The notes under the pieces: generated by a model
The model's database searches: none
What the model saw: the letters and a program-made list of their open reading frames with translations, nothing else
What the model was told of the DNA's origin: nothing
Program-made: the position numbers and the translations under genes
In this document: positions 53,388-61,138 of the stretch, piece after piece
Position numbering within the stretch: position 1 is the first letter of the stretch
How the letters are laid out: the number at the start of each line of letters is the position of its first letter
NCBI GenBank assembly: GCA_035510465.1
Contig: DATKHC010000021.1
Location: 66,876-130,875, forward strand
DNA length: 64,000 bases
Source: Candidatus Saccharimonadales bacterium
GTDB lineage: Bacteria; Patescibacteriota; Saccharimonadia; Saccharimonadales; DATKHC01
Reading direction: 5' to 3'

Positions 53388-54848
53388 TTACTGGGCCTCA
53401 GATTTTACTTCTGGTTTTTTTGAAGCTTTAACGGTCTTTTGGATGAGTCCCCCGAGAACTACATCAAACTCTTTATCATCTTTAATTTTTTTGGACTCTT
53501 CGTTTGCCAGCTGCTTAAGTAGTTTGAGATCCAAAAAAGACGTGGTATCAACTCTAAGTACTATATCCAACATCAGTTGTTGGCTCATCAAAGAATAGGT
53601 TTCCAGCGGACCTTGGGTTATTAGCTCAAGTATGTGCTTACCGCGCTGCAGTTGAGCGGTTGTTTCAAGCGCCATTTCCGTACCAAAATGGGAATACTCA
53701 TCGGCTTGACGGTATTCCGCCAAGCTTTTTAAGGTCTGGTCGGAAAGCTGTTTTTGCCTCTGGTTCTGGCCAGCTTGACCGATACGTGTAACTGATAAAC
53801 CAAGACTTATAGCCGGTCGAACGCTTTTTCGAAATGTATCCATATCAAGTATCCACTGGCCGTCTGTGATTGACATGATATTAGTCGTTAAAAAACCGGT
53901 AACGTCGCTATCTTCTGCAACTACAATAGGAATAGCAGTTTGGTGCTTACCATTCCTGCTAATTCTGCCAGCTCGCTCTAGCAAACTTGAATGTGTGTAG
54001 AACATATCGCCCGGATAGGATTCTCGTCCAGGATTTGTGCCTGATATTAACGAAATCTCACGGTAAATATGGGCGTGGTTAGTTAGATCATCATAAATAA
54101 TTATTGTGTCTTGATTTAGTTTTTGCCAGAGGAACTCGCCCATTGAGCAGCCAACATATGGAGCCAAGTAACTAAGCACCAACGATTCAAAGGTGGTCGT
54201 TACGATTACGATTGCTTTTGACATACTGCCGCTTTCTTCAAGTCGAGTAAGTAGAGTATTAACATCGGATCGCTTTTTGGCAATTAAAACATATATAACT
54301 ATTTGGTCTGTATTTTTCTGATTTATGGTCATTTGGGTGGCTAGAGTTGACTTACCTGAACGTGAATCACCAAGTAACGCCATTCTCTGACCTCTAACGA
54401 CCGGGAATAGCGAATCTATTGCAGTAACCCCTGTTTCAAGCTGAACATCTAGCTCCTGTCTCTCCCTGATTGGCGGAGCAAAATTGAAGATTGGCCAAAC
54501 GTCGTCCATAGCTATGGGGCCTTTCCCATCAATTGGGTCACCAGTAGCATTTACTACCCGGCCAATATAATCCTTGCCCACTTTACAAACTAATTCGCCG
54601 CTTTGAACTACAGCCATGCTGCCAATTTCCAACTCTTGGGTCCCTAAATAGAGGACCATTATTCGGTCTTTATAGACCCTGTTCACGAAACCGTGTTCGC
54701 CGTTTTGGAACATAACTAACGAGTGGATACCGACAGGGTGAAGACCGCGAATCTTGACGATAAAATGATCAACTCCAATCACCTCACCAATTGGATTTCC
54801 AGCCTTCACTAGCTGTTCAAAATGTTGATTATCGGCAACTATGCTCAC
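53388..54848 (-). CDS. atpA: F1 ATP synthase alpha subunit
   Basis: GDSRSGKSTLATQM (P-loop, divergent from GDRQTGKT), IIYDDLTNHA, REISLISG..PGRESYPGDMFYTHSSLLERA. Confidence 0.9.
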   Translation of the reverse strand: MSIVADNQHFEQLVKAGNPIGEVIGVDHFIVKIRGLHPVGIHSLVMFQNGEHGFVNRVYKDRIMVLYLGTQELEIGSMAVVQSGELVCKVGKDYIGRVVNATGDPIDGKGPIAMDDVWPIFNFAPPIRERQELDVQLETGVTAIDSLFPVVRGQRMALLGDSRSGKSTLATQMTINQKNTDQIVIYVLIAKKRSDVNTLLTRLEESGSMSKAIVIVTTTFESLVLSYLAPYVGCSMGEFLWQKLNQDTIIIYDDLTNHAHIYREISLISGTNPGRESYPGDMFYTHSSLLERAGRISRNGKHQTAIPIVVAEDSDVTGFLTTNIMSITDGQWILDMDTFRKSVRPAISLGLSVTRIGQAGQNQRQKQLSDQTLKSLAEYRQADEYSHFGTEMALETTAQLQRGKHILELITQGPLETYSLMSQQLMLDIVLRVDTTSFLDLKLLKQLANEESKKIKDDKEFDVVLGGLIQKTVKASKKPEVKSEAQ

Positions 54849-55345
54849 TGTTTAATCGTCCCTATTAAGGATTCTAAGAGTAGGTGTTTTTTGTCTTCAA
54901 CGTACTGTCGTAAGCTAAAATCATAAAAATGATTAGAGGTTCTGAGCGTAAAGCCAGCTCCAATATTTGGTTGAAGCCCAACTTGAAGTAGTATTAGTGG
55001 ATTAATTTCTTCCCGGAACCAGGCGGTGATCTTTTCCAGAAAAGCCCGGGTAGGATCAGCACTAAAACTAATGTGTATTTTTGGGGCTTTTGATCTGATG
55101 GTCATTAGCATTAATTTAAGTTTTTCTCGGTCAACTTCCCTTAGGAGAGACAGTTTATTGTACTGTAGGAGATCCTCCATACTTTTGCTGCTTTTTGGAA
55201 GAGTTATCGAGTCTCCCGCTCTTCTCACTTTGACTTGTAGGAAAAAATTATCAATATTTTCAAGTTCTCTAATCAGACCGCTAACATCACTGAGCGTAAT
55301 AATATTGATTGGTAAAATAATTTTTTGGTTAACTTGCGCCATCAC
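54845..55345 (-). CDS. atpH: F1 ATP synthase delta (OSCP) subunit, divergent
   Basis: Operon position; the C-terminus ...GAGFTLRTSNHFYDFSLRQYV resembles the delta C-terminal GG..v..g....D.S motif. Confidence 0.6.
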   Translation of the reverse strand: MMAQVNQKIILPINIITLSDVSGLIRELENIDNFFLQVKVRRAGDSITLPKSSKSMEDLLQYNKLSLLREVDREKLKLMLMTIRSKAPKIHISFSADPTRAFLEKITAWFREEINPLILLQVGLQPNIGAGFTLRTSNHFYDFSLRQYVEDKKHLLLESLIGTIKQ

Positions 55346-55976
55346 TTATGTCCTGTAGAATTGCTTTTTTATTGCGCTCAAGTTCACCCAAAATAAATTC
55401 TAGTTGATCTGTTAGATCGATCTGATTACCGATAGCAGCAAGTAAGTAGTGATTGACTATCTCACCCATATTTTCTTCAAAATGTTTGAGTAACATTTGC
55501 TTATCCTGAGTTAATTCGTTTCTAACTTGTTCGGATAAGGTCTGACGCTCCCGGTCAATCACATCACGAGTTTTTTGAATCGAATCAATGGCGACTTGTT
55601 TGGCGTCGACAATTGATTGTTCATACTTACTAAATTCTTCTTGCAGTTTTTTGGTTATCTCCTGCTTCATGTAGTCGTTTATCTGAGATGTTGTTAGCTG
55701 TAAATCCTGCTGTAAAAACATAGCGTTATCGCCAATGATCTTTTCAAAATGGATCCGCCCTCTGTTACGCAGTTCTTCTCTAAATTCTTCAGTAAAAATA
55801 GACCTGACTACTTCTTTGGTTGGTTCATCTAAATGGTCAGTCGCAGACGGATTTTGACCGGGCTTTAGATGACGGATGTGTGGTAACTTTGGAGCGGTTA
55901 ACTTAAAAATCAACCAAATGATACCACCGAAGATGAGTGCTGCCCCGACAATTATTAGTACTAATTTAAAATTCAC
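55329..55976 (-). CDS. atpF: Fo ATP synthase b subunit-like (single N-terminal TM plus long coiled coil)
   Basis: Architecture and operon position only. Confidence 0.6.
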   Translation of the reverse strand: MNFKLVLIIVGAALIFGGIIWLIFKLTAPKLPHIRHLKPGQNPSATDHLDEPTKEVVRSIFTEEFREELRNRGRIHFEKIIGDNAMFLQQDLQLTTSQINDYMKQEITKKLQEEFSKYEQSIVDAKQVAIDSIQKTRDVIDRERQTLSEQVRNELTQDKQMLLKHFEENMGEIVNHYLLAAIGNQIDLTDQLEFILGELERNKKAILQDISDGAS

Positions 55977-55998
55977 TTAACCCACCTTAGTAAAAGCA

Positions 55999-56850
55999 TC
56001 ATATTCTGAGTAGTAAATATACTCCGATAATACCTGTTATGAAAATAATAAGAGTTGTAAAGATGATCTGAATCAACCCCCTGGTGATAGATTTTTTCGA
56101 CAGCGGGTTACGGCCGAGTGAGATTAAGCTGCTCCTGATGCCGCTATATAACATTATTATGACCATTGCGATTGTACCGGCAAGCAGTATAAGCCCCAAG
56201 TAAATGCGCCACGGGGCATCCACTTTACCCGCTACTTCCTGGGATATTTTAACCAACTCGCTCGGCAGTATAGTTCGGTTAAAAATCACCAAAGGATTTG
56301 GCTGAATTGCTACATTCACCCTAATCAGACCAATGTGAATTGTCTGAGACCCGTGTTGGGAAGTTGATACAGATGTTTGCCCAATTACACCACTAGAGCC
56401 ATCAAAGGCGCTTAAGGCCTGCCCAACTACAATTGGCTGAGCATTATCATCATTCATACCAATACCGTTGAGTGATGAAACAGTAACATAACTGCCGATA
56501 TTGATCGGGCCATTTTGATCATCAACCAAAACATTGTAGTGTCCTGAGGTAGCAACAAATACTTGCTGAGATGAACTATTTTGGTTAGCAAAAGCCACTG
56601 AGGCATCGCTTGAATCAACCACAATGCCTAGGGTTTTTGTGATATTAGTTTGGGTGGTTGGGATAACAGTTGACGAATCGTTTGGATTTAACCTAACTAT
56701 TAAGCCCTGTTCAAGGGCTGAAGCGGCTCCATAACTTTGGATAAATGCTTGGGCACCGACACGTCCAATCACAATAAAAAAGCCCACTAAGATTAGAAGA
56801 GCAAAACCAGAAATAAAAATTGGGTATTTTTTAATTTTTGTGTTTAGCAT
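55999..56850 (-). CDS. Membrane protein: N-terminal anchor, ~190-aa extracytoplasmic domain, C-terminal two-helix hairpin resembling an ATPase c-subunit
   Basis: The C-terminus is IYLGLILLAGTIAMVIIMLYSGIRSSLISLGRNPLSKKSITRGLIQIIFTTLIIFITGIIGVYLLL. Its helix-(G)RNP loop-helix recalls the c-subunit ARQP loop, but there is no Asp/Glu in helix 2. It occupies the slot where atpE normally lies. Confidence 0.55.
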   Translation of the reverse strand: MLNTKIKKYPIFISGFALLILVGFFIVIGRVGAQAFIQSYGAASALEQGLIVRLNPNDSSTVIPTTQTNITKTLGIVVDSSDASVAFANQNSSSQQVFVATSGHYNVLVDDQNGPINIGSYVTVSSLNGIGMNDDNAQPIVVGQALSAFDGSSGVIGQTSVSTSQHGSQTIHIGLIRVNVAIQPNPLVIFNRTILPSELVKISQEVAGKVDAPWRIYLGLILLAGTIAMVIIMLYSGIRSSLISLGRNPLSKKSITRGLIQIIFTTLIIFITGIIGVYLLLRI

Positions 56851-56905
56851 AGCTAGGTTAACTTGCCCCCAATTATACCTTAAGCACTATCCCTTTCAAA
56901 ACAGA

Positions 56906-58051
56906 TTAGGCAAGGATACTCAAAAGAGCCTCGATCGTTGCATTCAAATCTTTAACTTTTGTTTGAACGCCAGTTGTAAATCTGAGGGTTGATTTTGCCT
57001 TGGCAGGACTCAGCCCTATAGCTAGCAATGTAGCAGAGATTGATTGATTGTTAGCGCTACAGGCTGCCCCACTAGCGCATAAAACACCTTGGTCCTCCAG
57101 CTTAAGCAGAAGTTCCTCGGCATCACGGCCCGGAAAAGTAACGCTAATGTTATTCGGAAGGGTTTTGGTGCCTTCCCCGTTTATGCTAACTCCGGTTATC
57201 TTTGATTTAACTTGTTTGATAAATTCCGCTTTTAGCCCATCTAGTCTAATACTCTCTTCTGATTTTCGAGCCTGGACCAGTTTTAAAGATTCACTGAAAC
57301 CAATAATCGAAGCCACGTTTTCAGTACCGCTACGCACCCCAAATTCTTGTCCTCCACCTAGAACCAGGGGCCTTAGTTTGACATGACGATTAACGTACAA
57401 AATACCAGATTGCTTGGGGCCATATATTTTGCCACCATTTAAACTCATCAGATCAACACCAAGCCTGGATATGTGTAAGTCTAAATATGCGGGGGCTTGG
57501 CAAGCGTCGGTATGAAAATACAGAGGTAGTTTTATTTTTCTTTGAGTTCTATCTTGTCTTACCGCTTTAATCAGTTTGCTGATTTGGGCGATCGGCTCAA
57601 TCGTACCGATCTCATTGTTGGCATATATTATCGATACGACAACAGTTTTATCATCAATTATTTTTTTTAGCTGACGGGGATCAACCATTCCGTTTTTATC
57701 CACACCAATAGTTTTATGATCATACCGTTTGGCTGGGGCAGCAACTGCTTCGTGTTCAATAGCGCTAACGATTACGCTAGAGTTTGGATATTTATCCATG
57801 ACGCCACGGACCGCTAAGTTGTCCGATTCTGTTCCGCCAGCCGTGAATATAATTTCTTCGGGTTTTGCTCCCATAATCTGGGCGACATTTGAGCGAGCCT
57901 TCTCGACATCAGCTCGGACGTTTTTCGCAGGTAAATAGTTTGCCGATGGGTTGTAAAACCTATTCTTAAGATAAGGTTCCATTACTTTTAGCACTTTTGG
58001 ATCAAGCGGGCTGGCTGCAGCATAATCCAAATAAATCGTAGATTTAGCCAT
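56906..58051 (-). CDS. Cysteine desulfurase (class V aminotransferase, NifS/IscS-like)
   Basis: HTDACQA, SLNGGKIYGPKQSGILYV (PLP-Lys) and ASGAACSA (catalytic Cys loop). Confidence 0.9.
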   Translation of the reverse strand: MAKSTIYLDYAAASPLDPKVLKVMEPYLKNRFYNPSANYLPAKNVRADVEKARSNVAQIMGAKPEEIIFTAGGTESDNLAVRGVMDKYPNSSVIVSAIEHEAVAAPAKRYDHKTIGVDKNGMVDPRQLKKIIDDKTVVVSIIYANNEIGTIEPIAQISKLIKAVRQDRTQRKIKLPLYFHTDACQAPAYLDLHISRLGVDLMSLNGGKIYGPKQSGILYVNRHVKLRPLVLGGGQEFGVRSGTENVASIIGFSESLKLVQARKSEESIRLDGLKAEFIKQVKSKITGVSINGEGTKTLPNNISVTFPGRDAEELLLKLEDQGVLCASGAACSANNQSISATLLAIGLSPAKAKSTLRFTTGVQTKVKDLNATIEALLSILA

Positions 58052-58107
58052 TTAGGTTTCCTAGCTTAGGGTTTTTTGGTGATCCTTTTTTAAGTAGAAG
58101 ACTTATT

Positions 58108-58470
58108 TCAAACCACGTTTTGGTAGAGTTGGCTTTGGACTTTCTGATAGTAGAGATTGGCTGCTTGGCGTAAACGTTGAGCTTCTTCTTGATCTAAAGT
58201 ATAGTACTGGCCATTTTGAACCTTTAATATTCTGGTCGGACCAACTTCATACCTAGTCGTCTTACTGGCAATTTCTCCAGACTGATTACGATACTCCTCA
58301 TGCCACACCCAGGTATGTTCATCTAGACAAAAGAACTCTCGTCTGGTGCCAGGACTAACTGGACCAAACAACTGGCCGCCGATTTTGGCTTCTTGACCAA
58401 TTAATTCTCTGTATCGTACCTGTCTACGTCGCTGTTGTAGGTGAGCTAAAATTGAGTTAGAAATTTTCAT
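58108..58470 (-). CDS. Hypothetical 120-aa protein
   Basis: ORF only; overlaps the upstream ORF by 14 nt (probable operon). Confidence 0.45.
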   Translation of the reverse strand: MKISNSILAHLQQRRRQVRYRELIGQEAKIGGQLFGPVSPGTRREFFCLDEHTWVWHEEYRNQSGEIASKTTRYEVGPTRILKVQNGQYYTLDQEEAQRLRQAANLYYQKVQSQLYQNVV

Positions 58471-58711
58471 CGACTACTTCCCTCACCAGGTCTTCAAAAG
58501 TTTGGCTATCAAAAGCCTGAGGCTGTTCAACTATATTGTTTTGGTTAGGGTCATAGTACTGGTTTGGGTTAGAGACAGGTCCGGTAGCTTCTGTATGAAA
58601 AGTATCAACCACGTGATTAATCCATTGGATTCCTGTAAGCAAAGTATGATTTCTCACACTCTCTGGTGGGTCTGTGTTTTGGATCTGCTCTGGGTTATGT
58701 CGTCTTTGCAT
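58457..58711 (-). CDS. Hypothetical 84-aa protein
   Basis: ORF only; follows tatD by 10 nt. Confidence 0.4.
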   Translation of the reverse strand: MQRRHNPEQIQNTDPPESVRNHTLLTGIQWINHVVDTFHTEATGPVSNPNQYYDPNQNNIVEQPQAFDSQTFEDLVREVVDENF

Positions 58712-58720
58712 GAGTATGAG

Positions 58721-59491
58721 TTACTTAAGTTTAAAAAGGCTGTTAGCATTTTTAGTCGTGCGTTCGGCTAGCTCAACAAGTGTAGTTACTCTTAATCTTG
58801 CTAAAAACTCCGCCGTAACAAGCACGTGCTTTGGCTGGCAGATTGTACCACGGAACGGGGAGGGGGTCAAGTAAGGCGCATCTGTTTCAAGCACTAAATT
58901 AGCGATTGGGATTTGCTTAAACATAGCTAGTTGGTCCTCGTTCTTAGTGAAAGTAGCTATCCCGTTTACGCCCAGGGATAAACCTCTTTCAAGCGCCATG
59001 GCCAGAGCCTTCTTATCTGCGCTAAAGCTATGTATGACACCCTTTACGCCTGGAAACTTATCAAATATTGGCCAACAATCATCAAATGCTTCCCTGACAT
59101 GAAAAATTATTGGCAAATTATTTACTTTGGCTAGTTTAAGTTGAAGTTCAAAAATTTCAAGTTGATCTTTTTTGGATGAGTGATTGTAGAAAAAGTCCAG
59201 TCCACATTCGCCAATGGCTACAACCTTAGGTTTTTTCACAAGTTGGACAAATTCACTGAGTAAGGCCTCATCCCCGACGTATTTATTCGCTTCATGAGGA
59301 TGAATCCCAACACTAGCCCAAGCGTTTTCTCTTTTTTCACTAAAACTCACCGCCAATTTGCTATCACTAGGATCAGTCCCGACACATATCAAACGATTAA
59401 CACCGTCTTTTCTGGCTGAAGTTATTACCTCGTCTGGGTCTAGTTCATAATCCGACGAGTGAATGTGACAATGCGTATCAACTAAGTCCAC
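58721..59491 (-). CDS. tatD: TatD-family metal-dependent hydrolase/DNase
   Basis: LVDTHCHIH, GECGLDF, IHSF, LETDAPYL. Confidence 0.92.
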   Translation of the reverse strand: MDLVDTHCHIHSSDYELDPDEVITSARKDGVNRLICVGTDPSDSKLAVSFSEKRENAWASVGIHPHEANKYVGDEALLSEFVQLVKKPKVVAIGECGLDFFYNHSSKKDQLEIFELQLKLAKVNNLPIIFHVREAFDDCWPIFDKFPGVKGVIHSFSADKKALAMALERGLSLGVNGIATFTKNEDQLAMFKQIPIANLVLETDAPYLTPSPFRGTICQPKHVLVTAEFLARLRVTTLVELAERTTKNANSLFKLK

Positions 59492-59512
59492 AGTATTTAA
59501 ATTTAGCTCATT

Positions 59513-60952
59513 TTAAGAAGTTGACAAATCTTTTCTTGGGAAAAGTGTCTCCTGGCTAAGCCGTACCCGTCCATCTTTAAATGTATCATTGATCTTATCC
59601 GCAGTTTCAGGTAGGAAAGGTTGGAGTAAATATGCGATCTCAACTAATTTTTTGACTTGAGTGTTTAATACGGTCTTTAGTTTTTGATCATCACCGGCTT
59701 TATGCAATGTCCATGGTTTATTGTCATCTATATATTGATTAAGTTGTTTTACAAGTAACCATATTTCGTCTAAAGCTCGATCAAATCGACATTCTTCAAT
59801 TAATCGAGAGGTAACTTTGTTATCTACAGGATTTGAAACCTTTTCAAACTTACCACCTTGGTAAGTATTAATCATAACGGCCGTGCGCTGGAGTGCATTA
59901 CCAAGCTCATTACCAAGTTCGTTTTGATAGGCATCTGAAAGGTTTTTGAGGGAAAAATTTCCATCATCATAGCTTGGGATATGACGCAGTAGGTAATATC
60001 TGACGGCATCTGTCCCGAAACTATCCACCAGTTCTTCAACACTTATACTATTACCAAGCGATTTACTTATTTTTTGATTATCAATATTTATAAAACCATG
60101 AGCGTAGATAGCCTTAGGGAGTGGTAGATCTAGCCCTAAAAGTATCCCGGGCCAGATTGCAGCATGAAAGCGAATTATGTCTTTACCTATAACTTGGTAA
60201 TCGGGCGGCCAAAACTCCCTAAATTCTTCTCCATTTGGATAATTTACAGCTGTTAAATAGTTTAGTAGTGCCTCGAACCACACATACATAACTTGGTCAT
60301 CATCACCAGGTATGGGTAGACCCCATGAGATTTTTTCCTTTGGGCGAGAAATACTAATATCATCGAGCCCGTCTTTTATGACGTTCAGTATTTCATGCTT
60401 GCGCGTTTCGGGGATAATCCGTAATTTGCCACTTTTAATAGCATGTTCGATTTGTTTCGTGTAATTACTTAGTTTAAAGAAGTAATTTGTTTCGCTAACT
60501 CTTTCGTATGGTCGGTTGTGCGTCGGGCAGATACCTTCATTTTCTTTGACCACGGTGTCCGTAAAAAATGCTTCATCACCTTGACAGTACCAGCCAGTAT
60601 ATTTGTTCTTATAGATATCTTTACTTAAATCTATCCAGACTTTCTGAGCCACTTTTTCATGACCTATGTTGGTTGTCCTGGTGAATTTATCGTAGGACAG
60701 ATTTAATAGTTGCTTTAGATCAGTGAACTTCTTAGCAATTGTGTCTACATACTGCTTGGGTAATTGGCCTAGTTCTTCAGCTTTTTCTGCAACTTTTCCA
60801 CCGTGCTCATCGGTACCTGTGCCGAAAATGGTCTTTTCCCCCTTTTGACGGGCATGGCGAGCTAAGGTATCGGCCAAAACGAGCTCGTAACCAAAACCGA
60901 TGTGAGGTTCGGCATTAACGTAAGCTATTGATGTTGTTACATAGAATTTCAT
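59513..60952 (-). CDS. metG: Methionine--tRNA ligase (short form)
   Basis: YVNAEPHIGFGY (HIGH-type), KISKSLGN (KMSKS); 479 aa. Confidence 0.93.
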   Translation of the reverse strand: MKFYVTTSIAYVNAEPHIGFGYELVLADTLARHARQKGEKTIFGTGTDEHGGKVAEKAEELGQLPKQYVDTIAKKFTDLKQLLNLSYDKFTRTTNIGHEKVAQKVWIDLSKDIYKNKYTGWYCQGDEAFFTDTVVKENEGICPTHNRPYERVSETNYFFKLSNYTKQIEHAIKSGKLRIIPETRKHEILNVIKDGLDDISISRPKEKISWGLPIPGDDDQVMYVWFEALLNYLTAVNYPNGEEFREFWPPDYQVIGKDIIRFHAAIWPGILLGLDLPLPKAIYAHGFINIDNQKISKSLGNSISVEELVDSFGTDAVRYYLLRHIPSYDDGNFSLKNLSDAYQNELGNELGNALQRTAVMINTYQGGKFEKVSNPVDNKVTSRLIEECRFDRALDEIWLLVKQLNQYIDDNKPWTLHKAGDDQKLKTVLNTQVKKLVEIAYLLQPFLPETADKINDTFKDGRVRLSQETLFPRKDLSTS

Positions 60953-61138
60953 AAGCTATCGTCCCTTGTTCGTAAATCAGATAAATGCTGTTGTCACTTT
61001 ATCCCAGCGTTTACGTGTGGGTGAAAAGGTCGTAGGCCTTATGACTAATCTATCAGAACACTGAAGTTACGTACATAGATATTAAGAAGTAAGGCCATTG
61101 ATTTAAGATGGAGTTGGTTTTTAGCGAGCTATTTAATC

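Noticed and set aside
60953-61138. Possible T-box or other leader upstream of metG
   Set aside because: I could not find the T-box conserved sequence (AGGGTGGNACCGCG-like) or a specifier/terminator arrangement. The region is too short and AT-rich to call.
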